A stretch of 64,000 bases of DNA from contig NW_027266264.1 of assembly GCF_022045235.1 (NCBI RefSeq), positions 47,306,001-47,370,000 on the forward strand, in the 5' to 3' direction. The position numbers and the translations under genes are program-made. Shown here in pieces: positions 51,659 to 64,000 of the stretch (position 1 is its first letter; each line of letters starts with the position of its first letter). The stretch comes from Haliotis cracherodii (lineage: Eukaryota). The notes below the pieces were generated by a model that saw nothing but the letters and a program-made list of their open reading frames with translations, was not told the DNA's origin and searched no databases.

Positions 51659-53672
51659 TACTGCCTTTAGAAACTTGAAGACTTCCTTAAACAAGCCAGT
51701 TTAATGCGAATTGTGCACATTGATTGGCGCCCAAGTCTGTGACATTTCTAATTTATATGTTGTCACTATATATTGGTGCCGGTGGCAACCTTACGGAATA
51801 AAGTCAACCATAATTCATTGTTACACAATCTTAAGAAATACGTGCTTGCAATCGAACTCGCACTGAGGCGTTACCGAAGGATTCCTTCTGTTTGACGACT
51901 GACATGCTTTCATGTGAAGATAATCGCCTCCTTACACTGGACAGAGAAGTGACAGTGTATCATACCTTTATGCTAGTCTGATATTTTTCAGAGCTTCCTA
52001 TTCATTGAACAAGGGCCTGCCATATCCATGTCATGCATATGTCTAGTGTAATTCTGTTGCCCTTAGGAACAAGGTGAAGCTGAACCCTAGCGGAGCTGGC
52101 TCTGTTAAACCTCGTCTATATTGTACCATACATTTATCATTAACGAGGTTTGACAACATGTCGGTCTTTATAAGTATCATTTGTATTTAATTCCTGTCAT
52201 GTGACATGTGTGCTATAGAAGGCTTGTTCCAGAGACAGATATGTGAGGTCTAAGCACCATCACAATGTAATGTCCTGGCACATGGTTGGTCTTGTAAATA
52301 CTACTTCACATAACGCTAGACACACAGAGTAGATCTTGCTTCTTTTGAACCATGCGCCGATTGCCGACTGTGTTTAACGAGAGTGTTTTCTTAAAACAAT
52401 TAAGATAAATAAAATTTCGCTTCATTCGCTTACTTTGACATTTATATCTTCACTTCTTATAAATCATTATTTTTCAATTGTGGTGTGACTACTGAATGTC
52501 ACAGATGCAGTTTTTTATGTGCAGACAGTAAGTGTACACACCATACATTTGGTTTCTTCGTGCCATTCTTGTTAGGGATCCAGACGTGGAGCTTATTTTC
52601 TAGCTGTATTTTGTAACGTTACACTCATTGTCTAAATACCTCCTGCGGTTATAATCTCTGCTATGCTTTATTTGAAAGCATTTCGGCACATTTACATCTG
52701 CCAACAGAGATCCTTAACGAGTCCGTCGATCCTTTATCTTATTTATTCTTGATTTTCCACCAAATATATCAGCAGGGATACATGGATACTGTACACACAA
52801 GACATGTCCATGATGATATATGTTACAAATAGATATGTATTTAGGTTGATATATGATCAAATGCATTTTTTGATGAGATTGTTCAACTCCCCACGTGCAG
52901 AGTGACCCTGTATATTGCTCCCAGTATGAATCCTTTGAGGTTACAATTGTATCACAAGTACAGTACACGATGCCCACCATTCATGTCGAGCATCATTTGC
53001 AGATGTACATGTTGTATGTCAATGGCAATACTAAGAAAAGAAAACACATATTCATCAGGGAATACTGTAAGTTAACCCAAACAAATACGACATTAGTGTG
53101 TTGGAAGAACTGTTTACACCATTACACATTGTCCAGTTAATTGCTGGGCCTGACCAACTCTTTGGTTCAACTTGGTATGTTCTTGATTGATGAGGTTTAT
53201 GAGTGAGTGAGTGAGTTAACACTACATCGGCATTATTTCCGCCATATAGCGACGAGATGAAGTTAATATGTTTACAATTTAGTTATTTATGCAAAGTTAC
53301 ATTTAAAAAACAGCTCGCTATTGCAGGAAATTTTAACCAATTATAATTTATAAATATACGACACTTATTGTTATGGTAGGAATAAAATACGTTGAATAAT
53401 GTGGTCGGACATATCCTACTTTAAACATCTATAGAATCGCAACTTCTTAACACATGTTTATTAGTCATGCAAAGTAGATATTTACAGACACTAACCATCT
53501 GTGCTGCACATTAAACACGACTAATATTGTAAAATATAACTATGTACAAAAGTTCGACAGTTATCAATTAATTCAATTTCTTTTGGAAAAAAACCATGTA
53601 ATTAAACGAGAAATTATATTGTTAAAAAGATCCTTAACACACGATGCTTGAGATTTAAAAAATGATACCAAG

Positions 53673-53722
53673 GCCCCGTTTCACAAAGGTGATCGCAGTA
53701 CGATCGCTTTGTGAAACGGGGC
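53673..53722. mobile_element. 50-bp hairpin / minimal MITE remnant
   Basis: Perfect 16-bp inverted arms gccccgtttcacaaag / ctttgtgaaacggggc. Confidence 0.6.
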
Positions 53723-54774
53723 TTTGTGGCTGTCAACAAAGCGAGAACATAACAATCCTTTATACTGGGACAAGATTGCCCACTGAATAGTGTAAGAGAT
53801 CAGGTATATCTACTATGGTAGCGAGACAATGCATCGCTTCTATATATAAATCCAACATGACTTCGGTGAATATTTATTTCAGTCGTGGTTTTCCCCACAG
53901 GAATGTAGTATCGTTTTCAAATTTGTATCATGCTATTTTTATCTGAACGTCAGGACCACGAGAGAGAGAAGAATATGTTCCGCCAATAATCCAGATTGGT
54001 GAGTGAAGTCCCTGATATACTGATTCATTCCCACATTATTGATGAGTTTAAGGTGAGATATGTCCACAGCTATTGTTCAAAAGGAAAGTAGAAGTATGCA
54101 ACCATGTAGTGTTTGTAAAAGGGCTTTTGTTTTTTCTTAAATATTGACTTATAATGATATCGTGACATAGTGTTGACTATTTATATGTCATGTTGACACA
54201 GATATAACACGGAAGTAAGAGCTACTGGCGGAACTCATAAGCAAATAATGTCCACTTTGTATACATGTACAACATACTCGATCACACACATGTTGTCCTT
54301 TTGGCTAACGCCCGTTTTAAGCGAAAGCTACTTTAACATCTATTTTAAACGCTGTGTCGATCTACATTTAGTAAGGTCATCACGCGTCCTCTATGACAAA
54401 GGACCACTCTCCCGATGTCCCAAGAAAATATTGATCATTGTCATATAATGAAATTTACATTGTAGATGTGCTAAATCGTCTTGTCAATATGATCATGTTA
54501 CATTACTGTGTTAGTTTATACAGTAAATATATATCTATACCATGTATATAGTACATACATTTTAGAATAGAACGCTATTCATTTTAGAAACTACGTACCT
54601 TGTACAATACAGTTAGAGTTATATCCCTTTAACCGAGTGATCTCTCACATGAAAAGCAAAGATTTCGTTTTGTTGAAACAGGATATAGGTCCTTAGCCAG
54701 TGAGGAGGGAAGGAGTTTAACGTCGTGTTCAATATCAGTGCACTTATTGTGTCTCGCTGCATGCACTAGTCCAG

Positions 54775-55015
54775 TCTTATGTCGGTTTCATAGTGCTATT
54801 CCACTGAGATACCATGCCGCAATTTAGCACAGATATCTCACTCAAACACAGTGTACTGGCTCCTATCCGACCAGTACTTGTTTTATCTAAATGCCGAACG
54901 CCAGGCAGGGTAACAAAAACTACCATCTTTTTACGTCTTTTTGGTATGACGCGTCCGGGATTCGAACCACCGATCTTCCACTCTTTGGGCATACGCACTG
55001 TCCATTAGACCACGG
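54775..55015 (-). mobile_element. SINE (family 4)
   Basis: Reverse complement contains ggttcgaatcccgg and 'aagacgtaaaaagatggtagtttttgttaccctgcctggcgttcggcattta', matching 27650-27950. Confidence 0.7.
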
Positions 55016-55423
55016 ACGAGGTCAGGCTATCTATGCCTGTCGCACGAGGCGATTAAATGGATGAAGAGGTCATGTGACATTGTTCATTGCGCATTGTACC
55101 CCGATACCGTAGGACCGTTGATCATAATATGAATCATTGCTTTGTCTGGTCCAGTCTTGATCATTTACACGCGACAATCATAAAGCTGGAATGGAAACAA
55201 ACACACATATTACAAAAAAAAAATTGAAATGACGCATATTATATTTTTCTTTGATGTGATAATTCAGATAATCATCGAGAAAATGCATGGCGGATTGAAT
55301 GGCTCTTCCTGACACCTACAGTAGGCACGCATGCTCATCATGTCACAACGATATTTCACAAGAATGATAACGAGTGAACGGAGGTGAAATTTCTTAGCAT
55401 CGCTTGGTGTATTGGACATCATT

Positions 55424-58400
55424 ATGTCAAAGAATGTATTACATAAAGCTTGTAATACCGACGAGACGTATACTAACTATAAAGATTTTGATATTATATC
55501 AACGTCTAAACATGCCATTATTCAAATGGGAAATGAATGCACAGCATACACCATCAATGTCACCCGTTCCTTCCTGGATGCCATCAAAGACAAAGGTGGA
55601 AGTTTGACGTGTGAGTTGCATTTTCCTTAATGATTACATTTTGTCCAGTAAGCCGTGTATTACATAAACACTGTTGTGTCGAATTTGAAGACACCTACCT
55701 GAATATTCGAGTTATTCTATTAAATGTTCGACACAACGGTGTATGGCTGTATTAAGTACTGACAAAGGCTCGTAAATAATGGCTCACTAATTATAAATCA
55801 TTGTATGGGTCGAGGGTTACGTCAGTGTGGAATACAATGCAGATAAGACAAGCGTATCCGAAAATGTATTAGCACAGCCATGAGTCATATGTATGTGTAA
55901 TGAATGAAAACTTTGCGGGAAGGGTCGTCATCTCCAGCCATATCAATTTCATCAATATTCAAAGAAGCGAATGATGTCACATTTTGAACAAAAACTATAA
56001 CACATCTGTATTTTTACACCAACAGTTTCAGGGAATCAACAACCTCTGCTACGGTTGAGTTGGAAAGGCAATACAGAAATATCACATGACTGCATCACGA
56101 AATGGAAGGTGGATTTCTTGTCACTTTTCAAAGGATGTAAGAGTGCGATTATGCAGAAAATCTCTGCAGAGATATTTCATCCTCTTCGACTGATTATCGA
56201 ACGAATATTTCATGAATACGACGCCCAACTGTCAGCTCTAATTGGTGGTAGTCTGATATTTGTGTTCATGCACAGAAACAGACAGGATGCGGATAAGATG
56301 ATCGAGAAGAAACAGGCGATACACAAGATCTTCCAGCAACTCTTGGGAGATATTGGCAATAGGGAGGTTAAGTTTGCATTGTCTGCTGAGAGGTAGGAAA
56401 CGTTTGCCCTTTTCTCTGTGCTGTATGATAGAAATGTTCAACACACACATGTATGTGTTTAGAAAATATCACTAGATCAATACAATATACAATTGTAATA
56501 GTTTCCATACAATTCATTTTATTCAGTTACCGTTATTAAACTTCCAGTGATTGTTATTTCTGTATGAATCAAATCAATAGTGAAAGAAGTGATGTGACTC
56601 TGACAGCTTCCTGACAAAGTAGGTATATATTACTCTTTGAGTAAAGTTATTAACAAAGTGGTGTTTTTCTTATCTTATCCATTTCAGATAAGGGTTTCAT
56701 GATCTGTACTCACCAGTTGATAGCGTTCTGTTGTTCCAATTACAGATCAGTATATTCAGTCACTACACCAAAACTGCTCAAGGTGTCCGAATTGTATTTG
56801 AGAATTGGTATTCTAATTGGTAAACTAGTTGGACTGAAATCGTTTTTTTTCTGACTTTCACTCAAGAAACCAGTTTTGGAGAAACAGTTTCTGATATGGT
56901 GATGCATGTAGCTAGTACTTAGCCGTCACCAAACCATGAAGTACAAATGCAACAGCTGTCATAATGGGAACACACCGCTGAGGTTGTGTCCACATTCTTT
57001 ATTTCAGAATACCATAAAAAATATCCGTGTTAATTTAATGAGTTGCATAATGATGATAAGTTTCAACAGATAAGTAGCTAAATGCCCAGGCATAATTCTC
57101 GATACCACGGCCTCCAAGCATAATGATAATTACATAGGTCGATAGTAGGTGGTACCCCTTAATAACAAACGAAGTGGGCTAGCACTATAAACGACTGATA
57201 CAAGCAGCCACACACACACGTGCATGCAAGTCGCAGTGTTAGTTCAGAAATCTTGGACGCGATGTTAAACCCCATTTCACCTCACCTCACCTTGTGTTAA
57301 TTGTGTTAATAGTATGTTATCTGTATGAACGATCTGCCTTGATTTTCTAGGGTTGTCAAGTCATCCCAGTGGTTTCAAAGTTTGTCTGAGGGTAAGGATT
57401 GTTTAGTTACCTCCTCAAGTCACAGCACATTTTTAAAATATTTTTTTTGTGGGGAAATATGCTATATTTTGAATATCAAATTTTATATTTATTGAATCTA
57501 TAGTTTGTTTCGAATTGTAAGTAATAAACATCGACTTGCCAAACATCTGGATAGTTTTGTGACAGATTCCACGGGGATTTATCCATCGGACGAAAGGAGC
57601 GAGTCGCTCATACCGAGCAGCAGAATTGACAGTATTGAGATGGAACTGAAGCAGGTTCGCGAGTCATTGTGTGAAATGAAAAATGTATTGCTCAAAATGT
57701 CGGACAAGATCCTCAGCGAAACTGACGCGCCGGAGGGGACACCCTTGAGACGGCCAGAAGAACAGCCCACATCTGCTTTGGTGCAGGACCTGAAGGGTTT
57801 TCTAAATACGAATAGCTCTGGTTTTCAAGTGCCGGAATCAACTGTGGCACCAGCTTTCTTGTCAGAGCGAAGGCCTCTCCATGAGCAATGCACAGCAGAG
57901 CCTGATGGCATGGGGTAAGTATTACAGATATATAATAGCAAATCACCAACCAGTGTTTTAGAAAAGACCACTATAGCTGAACCCCATTGAATAAACCACA
58001 CTCGATAATGAATTTATGTTTCATAAACGGGTGTGCAAATTGGCGTCAATATGTTTAGTGCGATTCCTTAAATTATGTCAAATTGAGGCAACCTCCAGGG
58101 GACGTATTGTACGCTTACCTAAGTGAAACAAAGGTACAAGTTTTGTGACCTCTGTCAAAGTAAGTCAAAATGAGAATAGGATCATTTGTGTCGTTACATT
58201 AAGCATTATGATGACATGGTGTCCATACCGACCCGTCTGTCTACTTGAATAGGTTTACATGACCGTGACCAATCGTTCAGCTAGATGGTTTATGAGCAAT
58301 ACAAATTTGTGTTGTCATCAGGGCAAGAGTTTCCCATGGCAAAACAAATTTGACAACATTCATCCCAGAACAGCGTGCAACAAAACCAGAACCGTCCCAT

Positions 58401-59701
58401 GCAGAATCCAAGCCACGTGATCATATAGAAGAAATACAACGACGAGATGATAGAAGCGGAATGGAATCGGCGAAGGAAATGTATGGATTCCAATCTGAAT
58501 GTCAGTTCCTCTACTTGGTTAATCTTCAAGAATGGGATTTCAAATTATGCCAGCCTTTCACATTAAATGTTTGAAATAATAGTTTACATATATCGTACTT
58601 TTGGCTTTGATATTTTCAGCCCCGAATACAAAAGACAACAGGACAGATTTGACCTGGCAATAGCAAGTATGAATTCAGTTTTTAGTTTTTCGACACTGGT
58701 CACAAGGAACACTTACATACACCTCACCTACATGGTTTGGTGGGTTTTGAATTGCAACATACAGATGTACATACATGTCATATCTAGATACATGTCCTAG
58801 ATCTTCCAGTGATTGCTTGTAATCTTGTTATTTTATTGACATCGTTACAATATATTATGTGCTCAATAGTGTTTACTAATGGCTTTCTGGAAATTGACAC
58901 AATATACTCTGTGTATTTACAAAGCAATGTAAGTCCCTTTCAGAGAACTACCAACGTGCAGAGATGTTGTTGAGCAACCTGAGCGTCTGTAACGTAGGGG
59001 ATGGTCACGGTGATCCAAGAGTCAACCGCTTAGCAGCTTCAGTTGCTGTTGCATTAGAACAAGGTAGGATATAGATATACATCAGTATTCAGTAGTTTCC
59101 GTTTCTTTAATGAAAACATAATTCTTAAACTATCCGTGCTTCGAAACACATAAAGGGATGTACTTCTTTATGAAACTACACATTCTTGCCTCTTCAGAAG
59201 ATCCGAAGCCACCTAAAGCTCAGGCACAGGACACTGTGTTATGTCTGGATGTATCTGAAAGCTTGGGACAGAAAGGATTTGAAGAAGTGAAGCAAGCTGC
59301 ACACATGTTTGTAAATGGTAAGTGTTGTTTCCTGCTGTCAGTGGCTACAGTGTAGGCCGTGGAGTTGTTTCATATTCAACAAGATACATAACAGGGATGG
59401 CCCCAGCTCGTCATAAAACTCAACATGCTCAATGTGAGGTATTCCTCCAACTAATCGGAAGGCTAAATGTCTTTAATGTGAGGGATCAACCCCTCCCCAG
59501 AAGAATTATATGAATGTCCTCAATGTGAACTATTCCCCAATACCATCGAAATGTTGAATGTACATAATTTGACTTCAGGTATAGAGACTGTGGCCGAGCA
59601 GCATGGATTGGAGGAGAACTTAGCTTTGGTCGTAATGGGAGGAGGGGTCAGGGTGGTCAGACAATTGACCAATGACTACACATCTATCAGAGATGCTATT
59701 G
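55424..59701 (+). CDS. Paralog D (5' part only): N-terminal domain / coiled coil / linker / first half of VWA
   Basis: Exons: 55424-55610, 56026-56392, 57351-57391, 57566-57914, 58322-58480, 58620-58666, 58944-59063, 59198-59317, 59579-59701. The phase series is the same as gene C. Motifs: 'QDTVLCLDVSES' and 'GIETVAEQHGLEENLALVVMGG...LTNDYTSIRDAI'. Downstream exons were not found before the window end. Confidence 0.8.
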
Positions 59702-59829
59702 GTAAGGATGTGAGAGAGATGTCTGAGCGGTAAGACAAACTTGGTCAGCTATGCCCCCAATTGACCCTCATCGTAATATATGTGCTGATTCTTAACACTA
59801 CCACATTAACCATTGTAACAAACCCTTGT

Positions 59830-60400
59830 AATAAATTATCATAACAAACGATCATGAACCGTTATAGCAAAACATTATGACAAACTATTATAACAAATGA
59901 TCGTGAACCGTTATAGCAAAACATTATGACAAACTATCATAACAAACGATCGTGAACCGTTATAGCAAAACATTATGACAAACTATCATAACAAACGATC
60001 GTAAACCGTTATAGCAAAACATTGTGAAAAACTATCATAACAAACGATCGTAAACCGTTATAGCAAAACATTGTGAAAAACTATCATAACAAACGATCGT
60101 GAACCGTTATAGCAAAACATTGTGAAAAACTATCATAACAAACGATCGTGAACCGTTATAGCAAAACATTGTGAAAAACTGTCATAACAAACGATCGTGA
60201 ACCGTTATAGCAAAACATTGTGAAAAACTGTCATAACAAACGATCATGAACCGTTATAGCAAAACATTATGACAAACTATCATAACAAACGATCGTGAAC
60301 CGTTATAGCAAAACATTGTGAAAAACTATCATAACAAACGATCATGAACCGTTATAGCAAAAATATGATGATGGACTAACATAGCAAACGATCATAATCC
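59830..60400. repeat. 49-bp minisatellite (~11 copies plus degenerate tail)
   Basis: Unit aactatcataacaaacgatcgtgaaccgttatagcaaaacattgtgaaa. Confidence 0.93.
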
Positions 60401-61329
60401 ATTAAAGCAAACGATTAAAAATAAATACATGATAATGAACTCACAAAACAAACGATCATAAATCTTTATAGCAAAAATTTATGACAAACTTTTATAACAA
60501 TATGTCATAAACCATTATAGCAAAACATTTACGATCATAAACCACGTCATCCATAGAACTTGTCTTTCTTCATCATAAACCATTATAGGAAATGAGCATG
60601 ACAGGCAAAATGTTTTTATTACAAACCATTATAAGGTATCATTATAACAAACCATAATAACTACACATTATAACACAACATTGTGATAAAACTTTATCTC
60701 TATTTATATTTCTGTATTCACTAAGCACTGTAGACCATCAGTCCATTGGACATTAAAGTAGTCAGGTTACTATGTACATTAAAGAGCTTATAACATTCAT
60801 GGCATGGTATATAAATAATGAAAGACTTTTAATGGTTTCAGTATGACATGACATATTGATGACAACAATATGTTAAACTTATTTAATGCAGGATGGAAGG
60901 TATTTGTGTTTAAGATTATTATATATATGCTTTACAAATGAACAGAAAAATGGTATTCGTTTTCGACAAGACCAGTGTTAAGGAGGTTACAAAATCTTTG
61001 GTCTCTTGGGACATTATGATATCTACTCACTTCAATATGGACTGTATGTAAACTACAGCGATACCGGGATAGTGCAGTACGACATTTATTTATATCAGTA
61101 TTCAGAAGATATGGTTCAACACAGACATTTTAGGACCATTATCAACTTTCGAATGTCATTCTTGTTCATGAATATATTTTATATAAGGACATGGCTCCAT
61201 TATGACAGGCTCCGCTATCATGCATGATAGCGGAACTTCAAATTAAGACAAGAGATATTATTGGATGAAATGGTCGCGGATGTGGAGGTACTGGTGGACT
61301 ACGGCAATGAGCTTAACCCCTGTTAAGCA

Positions 61330-61567
61330 ACCCCAACTGCAGCAACCGCTGCCCTGCAACAACCGTTGCCAAGCAACCCATGTTGCTTACCAATACAGCG
61401 CCTGCTGCCCTGCAACTACCGTTGCCAAGCAACCCATGTTGCTTACCAATGCAGCACCTGCTTCCCTGCAACTACCGTTGCCAAGCAACCCATGTTGCTC
61501 TGCAGCTATCGCTGCCAGGCAAGTACCATTGCCAAACCATGAGCGAGGGCAACTATTGTTGCCAAGC
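61330..61567. repeat. short ~57-bp tandem repeat (2-3 copies plus degenerate)
   Basis: Repeated ccctgcaactaccgttgccaagcaacccatgttgc. Confidence 0.75.
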
Positions 61568-62688
61568 TGACCATCCGCTGTAAAGCGGACACTAAGCCAT
61601 CTGCTGTAAAGCAGAATGGATAAATTGGTTCCTGCTGTAAAGAGGGTAACCCTATCCTAAATAATTTATAATTTGGGATGTATCCCAAGACGCCAAATGT
61701 AACTTGTAATGCAGTCCACCAGCACCCCGCCCATTCGCAACATTTTATTCATGACAACATCATTATATACAAACATTATACTCCAGTAAAATTCCACAAA
61801 TTGACAACTGCAAAGCTTGAATAACTTGGAATTAAGGATAACAGGGTGGGTGGGTGGGTGCAACGACCTATAGATGAATGCGCGAATATAACTATGTGTT
61901 GTACGGCTGAAAGCTGGAGAGCCAGTGCTGCGTGAGCTGATGTAACGCTACAACAGGTCATAGAAAATATAAACAAACGCTCCTTTACCGGACGTGCCAA
62001 GAGCGGATCTAGGCTAGATACGATGGCACTATGCAAAACGGCACGTAGCTGCCTGGAATGAAGGTATTTCGCTTTAATAATATTAGCAACAGTGCCAAGC
62101 CTAACATAAAGGCATTTAGTTCTAATCACTAAATGCTATTAATCGTGATACAAATTCAAATATATATAGTTACACAATGCTGCTTACTTTTCCCAACTAA
62201 AGCCGAAACCAAATGTGTACAAGGTATTTATTTTGCCTTGCCGTTTACAGCTTCTTTAAAAACAGATTATAGCTCTTTCCGAGGTAACGACTTCAAGGCA
62301 TAGATATACACTAACACCAATAAGCAATATAAAGCTTGTTAACTAAAATGTACAAAGGATATCTTCCACACTTGCCTCTTTCGACATGATCAGGTGTCGA
62401 AGACTTAACGGCCAAAGCAACTTCTTCAATTGCTTATATTTATTTAAATCCCACGTTGAGCTACTAAAGCATCAAATAACTTGAAAAATACATAATAATC
62501 GAATGGTTTTACATTCCGGAGTCATTTTGAAATACAAAACCGCACATTTTTTGGCTTGAAAGTGCAGCATTCCACATGTGGTTAGACAAGTTTAAAGTTG
62601 AAACTTGGCAAAACTGATCACCAAGGTTGAAATTAAAGTGACAAATATTCTTAAAGTGAAACACAACACTAGAAAATGGCATCACAAG

Positions 62689-63621
62689 TTAGTATCTCGT
62701 GTGTTCGCCATGTGCATTGATGACTGCCGTGCAAGGTCGATACATGGAATGGATGAGGAGTGTGATGAAGGCCATGGGCACATGAGCCCACACTCTGAGG
62801 AACGCCTGACGCAGTTCAGTTGCAGTTGTCGGCCTTGGTCGGACGTCATTCAGCCGTCTTTGAAGCTCGTCCCACAGTTGCTCAATGGGATTTAAATCGG
62901 GACGTGAGGGCAGGCCACTCTGCTGGAGGAAGTCTCTTGTTGAAACTCGTGGTTGCGGCGACGTGCCAAATGAGGTATGGCGTGTGGTCTCAAGACCTGA
63001 TCAATGTACAGAGCTGCTATGACACCATTGCCTCTCCATGGACCAATGTTCTGGAAGACCACAGGGCCGACCCCCTCTGTGCAAGGCCATATCCACCCTA
63101 CACCATGATGCTCGGACCACCCCACGAGTCTCTCTCAACAATACAAGCATCCAAATAACGTTCCCCACGGCGTCGCCGCTCTCTCTCTCTCTCTCTCTCT
63201 GCAATCTGCTGTTGAGATACAGTAACGGCTCTCGTCTAAGAAGAGGACTCTTCTCCACTGCTGGTGGAGCCAATGCTGGTGCCGTGTTGCTGAAGGCGGT
63301 CCCGGCGATGACGTGGTGTCAGAATGGGTCCTCGGTTAGGCCTGTGTCCGCACTAATGTGTCGCTGGTGTGTCCGCATGGTCTGTCGAGCAGTTTCCGCA
63401 GCAGTAATAAAGCGATCTTGAAGATGCTGACGTCGGGTGGTGACCCTTGGTCTTCCACTACGTGGTCGGTCACCTGTAGTGTTGGTGGTCTCGTACCGTT
63501 GCTGGAGCCTGTATGTGGTCCTTACGTGGACTTGAAATGCATTGGCGACTTGACGGAATGTTTGTCCAGCCTGCAATCGTCCAAGGACTTAGTTTCGCTG
63601 ATTTCGTGTCAGTCTTGGCAT
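62689..63621 (-). mobile_element. Tc1/mariner (Tc1-type) transposase pseudogene
   Basis: Minus-strand fragments: MPRLTRNQRN*..GRLQAGQTFRQVANAFQVHVRTTYRLQQRY..GDRPRSGRPRVTT (HTH plus GRPR), 'YIDQVLRPHAIP', 'SPDLNPIEQLWDELQRR', and C-terminal 'GEHTRY*'. It is disrupted by stops, frameshifts and a (CT)n insertion. Confidence 0.9.
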
Positions 63622-64000
63622 GTGATAGCAATTCAATAACGAATGAATGTTATCCGATCTGGGTGGATTTTCATAGGGCAAGAAATGAGGGAACGGATGT
63701 GCATTCCAATTTGCACGGCTCACGTACATCGGGTTACTATGGCCGTTGCCCTGATGCGTTTGGGCGATCGGTTTTATTGTCATCTGCTTTGTTTTTTTAT
63801 CATCAAATTTCATTTTTCAGGACAAGGTAATGTTAGATTTTAGAAACTTTAACAAAAATTACCCAGATATTTAAATGACAACTTTTCATGCAATGTTACT
63901 TGGGATGACATCTCCATAATATATTTTTAATATTTAGACAAAATACCACAGTTTTATCAAAGTTAACAGTGAATGTATATCTTTGGCAATACTCTTCAAG

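Noticed and set aside
51850-53160. Possible decayed LINE or other coding relic between genes C and D
   Set aside because: Only a short 'ILGAIYR'-like peptide on the minus strand, with no sustained frame or second motif to support it.

Overview
This is AT-rich, intron-containing eukaryotic (animal) genomic DNA. The SINE and repeat content suggests a mollusc such as abalone, which is an inference. The window is dominated by a head-to-tail, + strand tandem cluster of four divergent paralogous multi-exon genes: A 4633-17246, B 24964-35677, C 41534-51115, and D from 55424 to at least 59701 (incomplete). I reconstructed the exons by hand, and the splice phases give open frames of about 1163, 1061 and 1114 aa for A, B and C. 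These three share one architecture: an uncharacterised alpha/beta N-terminal domain, a coiled coil, a hypervariable low-complexity linker, a VWA domain with MIDAS motif, a helical spacer, two MIB/HERC2 domains and a C-terminal WWE domain. No catalytic domain is recognisable. D matches this as far as the first half of the VWA domain. Introns and intergenic regions hold many private minisatellites (several seeded on splice donors or SINE heads), several SINE families, a CACTA-like non-autonomous transposon with TIRs and TSD, a decayed Tc1 transposase, and a 143-nt assembly gap. Most long ORFs in the supplied track outside these exons are tandem-repeat artefacts.
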